A stretch of 64,000 nt of DNA, taken from Paraspadella gotoi. Taxonomy: Eukaryota; Animalia; Chaetognatha. The position numbers were made by a program, and so were the translations under genes. Under the pieces are notes generated by a model. The model worked only from the letters and a program-made list of their open reading frames with translations. It was not told the origin of the DNA and did not search any database. Where the stretch lies: NCBI GenBank assembly GCA_051294375.1, contig CM119270.1, forward strand, positions 17,420,893 to 17,484,892, read 5' to 3'. Below, one piece after another: positions 24,938-35,507 of the stretch; positions within the stretch are counted from its first letter, which is position 1, and each line of letters opens with the position of its first letter.

Positions 24938-27629
24938 AAACAAGTTTGAGCAAACAATGTCGGATCTGCCTACAATAATTATTAATTAATTAATTATTAA
25001 TTAATTATTAATAAATTATTAATTAATTATTAATAAATAATTATTATTAATTTATTAATTAATTAATTTTTAATTAATTAATTATTAATTTATTAATTAA
25101 TTAATTTTTAATTAATTAATTATTAATTAATTATTAATTATTAATAAATAATTATTATTAATTTAATTTTTAATTAATTAAATAGTTAATTATATTTTAT
25201 TTTATGTCTCTTTCTCTCTCTCTCTTTTTTATGCAATTGCGACGATTGTTTTAAGATTTTTTTAACTTGCATCTATTTTCAACTTGCATCTATTTTTTCA
25301 TTTTGCATACATTTTTTCAATTTGCATCATTTTTTCAATTTGCATCATTTTTTCAACTTTCATCATTTTTCAACTTGCACAAATATCATTTTTTCAACTA
25401 GCATAATTTTTTAAATTGCATCATTTTTTCACATAATTAATTAATTAATTAAAATTTATTAGTAATCATTAATTCCATTTAAACTCATTTCCACTTGCAC
25501 AATTCGTCAAAACTTTATATCTGCTTTTCTCACACTTTCCTACCGGCTCACAAAATTTCATCTCAATCTATCATGGGTTAAAATAAATAAAAAGATTCAA
25601 GTAAATGTGACTCATATTTTTTCATTTAAACTCATTTCCACTCGTACGTTTCCACCGAAACTTTATATCAAGCTTCGTCACACATTTTCCTACACCACAC
25701 AAAATTCATTCCAAATTCAACCAGCCAATCACGAGTTATTGGAGCTTTTTGCTAAGTGTGGACGGATGGACGGATTAATTTGACTGATTAATTAATTATT
25801 GATTAATTGACTAATTTATTAATTAACTGATTAATTATTTGATTTATTAATACATCCTGCATATACATAATATAAAAGGAAAAAGAATCATAATCAATTT
25901 TTTGTTTTTTCCATTTAAACTCATTTCCACTCAAACGATTCCATCGAAATTGTTTTCCTGTTCAATCACACACTTTCCTACCCACATACAAAATTCTAGG
26001 TCAATTGCCCATCACCTCTGAGCAATTAATTAGGCAATTAGTTAATTAATTTGATTTGAAATGTTTGTTTTAGGTATTTTCGTCACTAACCATGACAAAG
26101 CATGACGCGATGAGGAATTAATGCTGATAATGATTGACTTGATTGATTGACTGAATAATCAAATAATAGATAAATGAATTGATTAATTAAATAATTAATT
26201 AATAGATAAATAAATTGATTGATTGAATAATTAATTGATTGATAAATTGACTGATTAATTTATTATTGATTAATTAACTGATTTTTCTCTTTTAATTATA
26301 TGTAGCTATCTCTCTCCCTTTTCCCCAGTGCTGATTCATCGGGGAAAAAACGAGTCTGCAGAAGGCTCTGCAGGGGCTCTTTCTTTTTCTCTCTTCTCTC
26401 CTGCTGCTTCTGCTGCTGCCTTTTGATGTCTTTCTTTTTTTCTGGCTGTCTCTGCTGCTGCCGCTGCTGATTCGTCCCGAAAACGATCTCTCTCTCTCTC
26501 TCTCCTTCCTTCCTCTCTTTTCTCCTCCTCCTCTCTTCCTCTCTCTGCTGTTTTGTTAGAAAAATTAATTAGGAATTGAACTCGTAAAATATGCATCGCA
26601 TTCGTGCATGTTATTCATTAATTACATCAAGTTTTAATTTCTTTTTATTCTCTTCTCTCTCTTCTTCTCTCTTCTCTTCTCTCTCTCTTTTCCTCTCTCT
26701 CTCTTCTCTCTTCCTCTCTCTTTATTATCTCGCAATTATGCCATTGCGACCATCTCTTTTTAAGATTTTTTAACTTGCATCATTTTTTCAACTCTTCATT
26801 TTTTCAACTTGCATAATTTTAAATTGCAACATTTTTCCACATTAAATAATAATTATTAAATAATTAATTAATTATTATAATAATTTAATTAATTAATTAA
26901 TAATTAATTAATTAATTAATAATTAAAACATTTATTAGTAATCATAAATCTAAAGATTCAAGTAAATGTGACTTATGTTTTTTCCATTTAAACTCATTTC
27001 CACTGGCACAATTCCGTCAAAACCTTATATCTAGCTGATTAATGAATTATTGATTAATTAATTGACTAATTGATTAATTAACTGATTAATTATTTGATTT
27101 ATTAATACATCCTGCATATACATTTATATAAAAGGAAAAAGAGCATAATCAATTAGTGAAACAGGTTTTTGTTCCTTCTTAAACTCATTTCCACTAAACG
27201 ATCCATCGAAACTTGATTTCCTGTTCAATCACATACTTTCTACTCACATACGAAGTTCCAGGCCAATCGCCCCATCATCATGAGCAATTGGTGTTCAAAT
27301 AGTGAATTATATTTTTTTTGTTTTTTCATTTCACCAATTCTCACTCGCACGATTCCTCGAAACATCATATACATCTCAATCACACACTTCCCTACCGCAC
27401 CACAAAATTTCATTCCAATCCATCAATGCAATCACGAATATTGTGTTTTTTGCTAAGGTGGGACGGACGGACGGAGGACACGGACGGACGACATAAATTT
27501 TTTTGCATAATTTTCATAATTCGATTCTGACATGATAAAGTTAGTGCCGACAATATTGAGGGGCGCGACCGACGGACCGACCAAGTGATTATAGAGTCGG
27601 GATCTGCTGATAAGCAGATCCGACTAAAA
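24938..27629 (-). mobile_element. Large composite HINE/DINE-1-like element
   Basis: Starts AAACAAGTTTGAGCAAACAATGTCGGATCTGCCTAC and ends AGTCGGGATCTGCTGATAAGCAGATCCGACTAAAA. (GGAC)n microsatellite at ~27460-27490, plus internal duplications and AATT arrays. Confidence 0.6.
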
Positions 27630-27719
27630 TAGGATAACAAAAAAATTAATATGACTCAATACCCTATTTATTAATTTTTTAATATTTTTCTCTTCATTGC
27701 TCGAGAATTGATGTTACAG

Positions 27720-28133
27720 GGACTTTAATCTGGATGATACGGAAAGACTTGTAATATAATCAAAACAAAGAGCATTTGGGTTATAAAATTGTTTCATACT
27801 CACAGAAAATATGTGAAATTTAAAACTTTCTAGCTAGGATAGTTGCTATGTTATAAACATTTTTCTCAGAGGGACATTTCTGAAGATAGCATTTTTAACT
27901 TTGAAATTATTACTTTGAAAGTGGATCTTTCTATCGATCCTTCAGTTCCCATTAAAACACTTGAATTTTTTTTATGCTTCATTTTTATGATTTTCATTTA
28001 TATGATTAGTAAATGTTTTATGAAACAGAATCAAAATATTAATAATATTTAATAATACTCATCGCGTTTTCCCTTTAAAATCTAATAAAAATAACAATTT
28101 CAGCTTGTGGAAAAAAATACAATAGACGACTTT
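27720..28133 (+). CDS. Tentative small exons encoding the start of the C-terminal domain of the type II membrane protein
   Basis: Acceptor TTACAG at 27719 continues the phase-1 junction as G-T-L-I-W-M-I-R-K-D. Further fragments DISEDSIFNF..ESGSFYRS (~27870) and W..TIDDF (~28103). These need frameshift corrections, so boundaries are uncertain. Confidence 0.35.
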
Positions 28134-28679
28134 GTTAATAAATAATAGTTTGAGGCGACTTACCACCGGTCTCTCTCTAAACCCTTCCTCTCTCCTCTTT
28201 CTCCGAGCCGGTCTATTCTACACGGTCACTTTGCCCTAGCTTTGGCAATGACCTTAGATTGACCGGACACAGTAATAGGGCCGAGGCGACCGTAAGGTTA
28301 AGTTGGTCCGGGCGATGATAAAAGTGGATCAGGAGAGATCTAGTCTCACTTCTTTTCTACTTCTCTTACATCGTCACAAGTCTTCACCTTCTCCTCACTT
28401 TTATTATTATTATATTCGTCTTCTACAAGTTACCATAGAAATAAGTTAGGTTTTACATGATAATTTTTTTTTTAATAACAAATCACCAAACTGACTTTTT
28501 AACACCAAAATTTTTTATTTTTATAACATAACTTTACAATTAGCGTTAAAAATGGTTAAATAGTTAAAAAAAATTTTTAGGTCAATATAAACGTCAAATA
28601 GTTTTCTAACTAATAAACGATATAAAAATAATATACAGAGAACGAATTATGAGTTTAATAAAGTCTTTTTATATCACTC

Positions 28680-30480
28680 CAGATTGAAATCCCTTGTAAA
28701 GTTTACAGCTCGGTCGCATAGGAGATGTTATTGACTGCCGATAAGTCGCATATTATTCTCCATTATTTTGCGATTGTCTGATCGGACATTTCATCTCGTC
28801 CATCCGCGATATGGCCTGGCTTTTTTTTTTTATTAAAAAGGCATTTGAGTAAGCCTCATTTCTGGTTCTCAATAAAATCCCTGCGTTTATGAGGTAATGC
28901 TTCATCGCTTCTTTTTTTACTGGTTTATGAAGCGAGGTTTTGAGAGATCCTCTTCAGTGAAACCAAGGTCGACCTTGTACTTCAGAAATCCCTCCTTGCA
29001 ATCATTGATGCTTTCACCAAAAAACATCTCTATACTCCCAAATTTTTTCTCACACTAGTGGAGCTTTTTCGGCTAAGGATGGATTGACGTCTTTGAAAGG
29101 GTCGAAGGCTTCCTTTTCTCTTGCCTCGTGTTTCTCTCTCCTGGCCTGGCCGGCCCTTCTTACGTTGTCCAGTTCTTATTCCATTGGTTTGTGGTGGACG
29201 ATAGTTGTTGGTGGGATGTGGTCCTTCTTCAGATGTGGCTTTTTTCAGTTGAGATCGGCTTTCCAAGTCCAGATCAGATTTTACCTCTGAGGTTATTAGG
29301 GGTAAAGCGTGGCCCCAACCTTTGTGCTTGTTTTGGAAGAGTGATTGGCTTGACATCCATGGTTGCCATCTGTAAGTCATCTCTTGCCTGTGCTAGTTTC
29401 ACTTCCCACATCTGGTTTTGTGGTCCCGGGTTTGTGCCTGCTGTACCGATGATGATGTTTTGATCTTTTTTGTCGTCTGAGATCATGATCCTAATATCTA
29501 TCATTTTGGTAATGGCGTCGTAATGGCAACTCGCTGGAGCCCCGCAGATGATGGCAGGGATGGAGCTATTCCTTTTGGCGTGGAGCGCTTTGCCGGTGTC
29601 ATCACGTGGTGCGGGTCCTTCACTTTTGGTGATGACCCTTGCACTTACCCGGGTTGGTTGGAGGGGTAACTCTTTTTTGTCTTTTGTTGTTTCTACCATT
29701 TAAGTAAGTAGACAGAGATTTCAACATGAAACCAAAGTGGATTTTATTCTTGAAAAGTCACAAGCAAAGAAGGTGTCCAGAATTTGAGACAGAATGGATT
29801 CAATACAAAATGGTCAGCTATTTATACTCTACAATCGGATCAGCGACGTGGGCTCGTTTTCCCGATGGCATGAAGCCCGTCTTCTCATTGGTTCGATTCC
29901 GACAATGATTCATCCAATCAGAGAGTCCTCGGTAGATTTTACCCGAGTCGCGGATCCGATTCCATTTTTGGTTCCAATTCCATCTGCGATGCTACGCTCG
30001 GCTGGAGTATGGCTCATGAATTTCAGCCTCTACCCTTCTGATTGTGGCTTGGAGTGATTCTCCGCTAAATTCACTGTTACCAATTTTGTGTATTGGATTA
30101 ACGGGTCCGCCTGTGGGTTTTAATCTCCTTAAACCTAGCCGTTGGTTTTGTCTCACAGGGTTTGCCATATTTGTCGGAGACAGTGTTTGGATAAGTGGAG
30201 CGGGGGTGAGGAGCAAAGGAGGAGGATGATGATAAGTAACGTCGTCATATTTCCTCTCCGCTCTCCTGGCGATCTTTGCCCGGGCCTCGGATCTCTTTAT
30301 CTTGGCCCTTTGTTCGGCCTCTCTCGATTTGTTCGTTTTTCCATCCCATGAGATGGATTGTTATTACGAATCAACTCGTCTCGTGTGAATGCTCTGAGAA
30401 GCTTGTACATTCTCATTGAGGTAGATTTCCCTTCAAAGCTATTTGCTATTATTGCTAGATCTTTCTTTTTATCAATTTTT
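28680..30480 (-). mobile_element. Degenerate LTR-type retrotransposon fragment (upstream ORF remnants plus RT start)
   Basis: Frameshifted minus-strand peptides YRDVF...YLINAGILL...YSNAFLIKK...WRIICDLSAVN resemble the RT N-terminal motifs of Gypsy/DIRS-type elements. Confidence 0.55.
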
Positions 30481-30599
30481 TGCTTGTTCTTGATATGTGA
30501 TGATTACAAATTAAAAGACTCATCTGATTATCTGCTTACCGCTAAATTATCGTAGGCAGATCCGACATTGTTTGCTCAAACTTGCTTTTTACTTCGTAG

Positions 30600-31455
30600 G
30601 TGCGACTGACATTCTACAAAGATGGCGTCGCTGTTGTTGAATCCCTGTTTGACGGAATCAATACAAAACCATACAATTGGTTCACATTGAATGGCCACAA
30701 TAAAACAATTGTAGGCCCAAGATTGGAAAATGGTAAGAACAGAATAGTCCTCAAAAACGGATCAAACCTTGTTCGGATACTAAATACTTTATACTAAACT
30801 ATTAACTATGTACATAAATTTAATCAAAATACTTGTTTATCATCCCGAGTTGTCCAGAAAATGATAAAAAAAGTTTTTGTCGTCTCTCTCCAAACTCTTC
30901 CTTTCTCCTCTCTCCACACGGTCACTTTGCCCTAGCTTTGGCAATGACCTTAGATTGACCGGACACAGTAATAGAGTCGAGGCGACCTTAAGGTCAAGTC
31001 GGTCCGGGGGATGATAAAAGTGGATCAGGAGAGAGCTTGTCTCACTTCTTTTCTACTTCTCTTTCATCGTCACAATTCTTCACCTTCTCCTCACTTTTAT
31101 TATTATTATTTTCGTCTTCTACAATATTTTTCCCCGTTCTGCAGCAAAATCCATTACATTTTCAAGAGGAACCTATGTAACAACCACAAGGGTGTTCACT
31201 GTGAACGTCTTTTTACTCATTGTACTAGGGAACAGGGATGGATCATGGTTCTCACCAGGTATTACACTTTAACAATGACAGGAAACTACTTTAAAAACCA
31301 ACAGGAGCGATACATGCCTTTATGTAACTACAAGAGGCAATCCTCGTTATCCAATTCTGGTTTACTCAGCTGAGGAAGATGGAAGTCGAACCATATGGAA
31401 TTTAGGAAAAGTAGGCTACGCTGACACCCTGGTCATCGCCGCCGTCACAAACTGA
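30600..31455 (+). CDS. Last three exons (30600-30732, 31145-31258, 31305-31455) of the C-terminal globular domain
   Basis: Canonical splice sites with phases 0>1>2: VRLTFYKDGVAVVESLFDGINTKPYNWFTLNGHNKTIVGPRLEN/AKSITFSRGTYVTTTRVFTVNVF(F)THCTREQGWIMVLT/RSDTCLYVTTRGNPRYPILVYSAEEDGSRTIWNLGKVGYADTLVIAAVTN*. Needs one extra T in a homopolymer at ~31210. Confidence 0.75.
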
Positions 31456-33499
31456 TCACAGTGCAAATGGCATCGAGCAATGTTTACAACTACCCACTTT
31501 TGGTTTTGAATTATTACCTGGAGACTCGGAGGATTACTTACTACTAATTGATAAAAATAATGATAAAAATAATGATTAAAAATAATGATTAAAAATAATG
31601 ATTGATATAATTATATTGGGATTAAAGAGCCGAAATCCATGAAGGGTATAGGTTCCCAACTGATTACATGTCTATTTTACTTAAAAAACGATATAGAAAT
31701 GTATATATTTTAACATATACTTTCAAATTACATTACGAAATATAAAGGTGCCCACGTATGAACCTTATATCGATTTAATTAACAGAAAAAATACCATTCG
31801 GGGAAACTACTTGGAATCATCAGGGGAGACCTTCGTACATTCCCGAGAGCGGTTTATAAATTTTTTCCAAAGCACGTTTTTGAGAAAATTGAATTTAAAA
31901 AAAAAATTTTTTTGAAGAAAATTTAAAAAAAAATCAAGTACAACTGTATTTAAAGCAAATAAGTAAAATTATGTATTCATCCTAATGCATTTTTCAAGAC
32001 CTTTCAGATGAACCCATTCCCATCGTTTTAAGATAATTCATTCACGAGATAATCGGCTTACAATAGGGGGAGGAGCAATCTCTATAAAAAAGTATTTTAA
32101 TGCCGTTATGCCTGTGGGGAGTTTTTCAATTTATGTCGTTGCGTAATTGCGCAAAAAGAGTCAACAAAAATCTTACATGCCTTCCCATATAAGTGAAAAA
32201 ACCTTTTCTGTTGAAGAAAGTAAATATTTAATGGGCTGCCAGCTATGAAGCGATTCGAGATGGCGGCTTTGGACTGAGACCAATGAGAGTGAACGAGAGA
32301 GATGAGAGATAGAGAGTACGAGAGGAAGAACGAGAAGCGCCATGAATGAATTCACGTCGTCTTAGACCGAGTCACTGGTTAATGCGTCCTCGAAGCGAAT
32401 GGGTCCAGGTTTGGCAGGCGTGGAACTTAAGGGCAGTTCGGGAGAGAAGATGCATAGGGGCGATTAGCGGTGGCAGAACGAAGCGACGGATCCAGAGGAG
32501 AGAGAAGATGAGAGAGAATGACGAGATGATGAAAACGAGGAGAGAGAGAATGAGAGAGAAGAGAGAAAGAAATAGCCATGGAAATTGGTGTGGAGTAGAG
32601 AGTGAAGAGGTGAGGAGATGAGAGACCTGAAGAAATTTCAGCTCCTAATTTTTTTCCCTTTTTTTTTCGCCACGAAAGTTGAGGATTTGTTAAGTCAATA
32701 AATATTAACCGAGAAGAAAGAACTGACAACTCAATATACGACATGGGTGGCTGAAAAAAAAAACTGCTGGGACAGATGGCGTGAGTCATTAGAATCCCTG
32801 GTGAAGAGGAAATGACGTCATGACGTGATTTGCGAAAAATGAAGTTGTTGGCAATTAACTTCCGGTCGCGCGTTTCATAATTATTATTAGTTTAATTTTT
32901 TATCCGTGTTTTAAAATGGTTTATTTCATGTAGGATTAAGCTAAAGACTTTTTTCATGTTGGCGCTAATATAGTACAATGGTCTCTCAAGATTTTATTTC
33001 TTTTCTACTTTTTAAAAAAATTTATTACTAGTATTGATTTTATTAGGATTTTGTTAATTAAATCTCTCTCGATCTCGATCTTTCAATATTCAAAAAAAAG
33101 TAAATTTATGTTTATTTTTTATGATTTTAATGTGGCGGTATATTCACACCGCCTCACGTCCACCATCCTTCAGCCAAATCCATTGGCTCAGAGGGGGAAC
33201 ACACCATCCCAGGCGTAGTGTTCCATCCACAGTCCTAACGACTTCCCTCTGCGTTGGCAAAGCGAGACCGTCCTAGGGTAACCGCGCCAGTGACTGGAGG
33301 CGTCACTGAGGGTCGGAAGCCCCCAAAGCCAACAGTGAGATGCCCCATCCCAATGGGCATCACAGGCACCCCGGCTGTTGCTGTATTATATTTATTTTTA
33401 TTGTGATCCGTCGGATCGATTTCAGCAGCACACGAAACCATATCGTGATGCCCGCCGGTCATTACTTTGTCCGCTGTAAGCCGAGCATACGGTAAATAC

Positions 33500-34600
33500 T
33501 GCCATGTATTTAGAGAAACAGACTGTCTCGTGCTGTCCCATGACCCGAAACTGGTTCTCAAAGGGTATTAGAGAGGCAATATACATCAAAGCCCTCGAGC
33601 CCTCTTTGAATCGTGATGGAGGACGATTCGACCTCCCTCCAAGCTATGTTCGCTTATCAAAAGCGTGGTGGAGGCCCCGCCACCACCACGCCCGCACAAT
33701 GATTCCCCTATTTCCACTCAACGAAATAGGCGGAGACCTTGAACAGGCAATGGACAGACGATGCCTCTTCCTCAAATGTAGCAAACTCAGTCCCTTCCTC
33801 TGGGAATGAGCGCCGCCCAAAACGGCGGCTACAGGAGGAGGAGAGGAGCCCGACACTCCTGTCGCAAAAGCGGCAAGAACGGACAACCGCCCGCCTCGCC
33901 AGCAGCGAGAAGAGGGCATCGGCAGGCGTATCAGGCCAGAGAGACATTCGAATAGCACTTGGGCTCTTCCCGCAGGGAACTCTTCCTGACGCATCCATGA
34001 CAAGCCTCAATCCAACTGTCATCTCAGCCTATGACATGCCAATGACCCGCCTCATCGATCATGCCTCTCATTTGCCCATGCCAAGGGGGGCCAGTCATTT
34101 TGAGCTCTATCTTTACTTCTCAATTTCACTTATTACTTACTAACTCATCTCTCAAATCTATCCTTTCAATTTCAAATTTCCTGTTTCACTCTCACTAATT
34201 ATTAAGTAGATTAATTGTTATACTTCACTAATATTCATCAGTTAAAAATTTTTCTTATTGTTATATCATTACACAATGTAAAGATTTTGCACTGTTTTCT
34301 CTCTCTTCTCTCTCTCTTCTCTCTCTCTTCTCTCTTTTTTCACCATTTCACTTCTTTTCACAACTTACTCTGTCTTTTTTCTCAACTTCAGCCTGTCCTC
34401 ACCAATTGACCACTGTCCTTTCTAAACTCTGTGTTGGAAACTTTGCCCTCTCTCTCTCTCTGTTTTATCTCTCTTTCTCTCTTCCTTTACACAAAAATAT
34501 TTTCAAAGTTCACTAACGCTGATGAAGGCTTGAAATGAAGCCGAAACATGTCTGTTTTTGAATTAAATAAAATCGTTGTCAAAACTAAACTCAAACTGTC
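33500..34600 (+). mobile_element. Penelope-like element 3' fragment (GIY-YIG endonuclease C-terminus plus pLTR)
   Basis: WFSKGIREAIYIKALEPSLNRDGGRFDLPPSY is the typical PLE GIY-YIG C-terminal motif. A hammerhead and AATAAA lie downstream. Confidence 0.8.
34515..34556 (+). ncRNA. Minimal type I hammerhead ribozyme
   Basis: AACG-CTGATGA-AGGCTT-GAAATG-AAGCC-GAAA-CATGTC-TGTT: intact core, stem II GGCTT/AAGCC, palindromic stem III ACATGT, GUC cleavage triplet (after 34552), stem I AACG/TGTT. Confidence 0.85.
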
Positions 34601-34840
34601 TCTAATATATTTTTATATATATTTTTATGATCAGGCGTAAAAGCAAAATGACGATAAAACGAAAAAAAAATAAAGATAGACCAACGGGGTTTATTATAAA
34701 GATAATTTAATTCAATTTTTAAATCAACTTTGATAAGAAATTAATAACATTATTCTTATTACAGGTATGCGGGTCGTTTTCTAATATCTGAAGAGACAGT
34801 AATTACTGTTATGTGTTAGTGACAGAACCGTTCAATGTAA

Positions 34841-34989
34841 GCAGTCCCTGAGCTTCGGATCAGATTGTAACGCCGCGTTACAGGCGGGTTAAGCGCCCCG
34901 TCCCTCTTAACTTCGAGGCGGCCACCGGGCTAGAACCCCGGACCTTTGGGATGGGAGGCGAATGACTTGCCTCCGACACCAATGGCCGC
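34841..34989 (-). mobile_element. tRNA(Gly-like)-derived SINE
   Basis: Head GCGGCCATTGGTGTCGGAGG...CGCCTCCCAT...GGGGTTCTAGCCCGGTGGCCGC has paired acceptor-like ends. The tRNA-unrelated tail is shared with 10211-10333. Confidence 0.65.
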
Positions 34990-35381
34990 TTTATTTTACA
35001 AAACCTAAAATCTTGATTAACTAAATTGAAAGTTTTAAAACGAGTTCACATTCCTCGCCATATTAAATCGCAGTCTCAACTCAAGGTGTACCCGCAAATC
35101 TCGTTCGAGTTTAAAGTTCTTAGGACCCTCCATGTTGTCCGCCTGTCCGCCAACGACGGAAGTATGGAAAAACGCTCTGGCTTGATTACTCATCCTCGAT
35201 ACTAAGTGCAGTTAGTTAATTCTTTTATACCGTCTAACTTTTTCTCTTGCCACAGAAGAACCGACTGTCGTAAATTCTATCGCGCCGCTACGTCTTTTCC
35301 TCGTCTTTGCCATGACGTATTTGTCACGACGTCTTTGCCACAACGTCTTTGTCACGACGTCCTTGCCACACCATCCCTCAC

Positions 35382-35507
35382 CTGGATCTCGTTCCATATG
35401 TCCGTCCTCTCGCGCTGCAGCAGCGCCATCATTCCCCGCAAATCTCCGGTGAGACGCGGAAACAAAAGACGCATGAGCCTCGCTTCCAAAGAATCCTCGT
35501 CACGTCG
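35382..35507 (-). CDS. Isolated helical exon, probably an upstream exon of the minus-strand coiled-coil gene
   Basis: 126-nt GC-rich island RRDEDSLEARLMRLLFPRLTGDLRGMMALLQRERTDIWNEIQ, with a polypyrimidine tract upstream and CAG|GTGAGG donor (phase 0). Confidence 0.55.

Noticed and set aside
34918-34989. Functional tRNA gene
   Set aside because: D- and T-loop consensus is degenerate, and it is joined to a tail shared with another dispersed copy; it is a SINE head.
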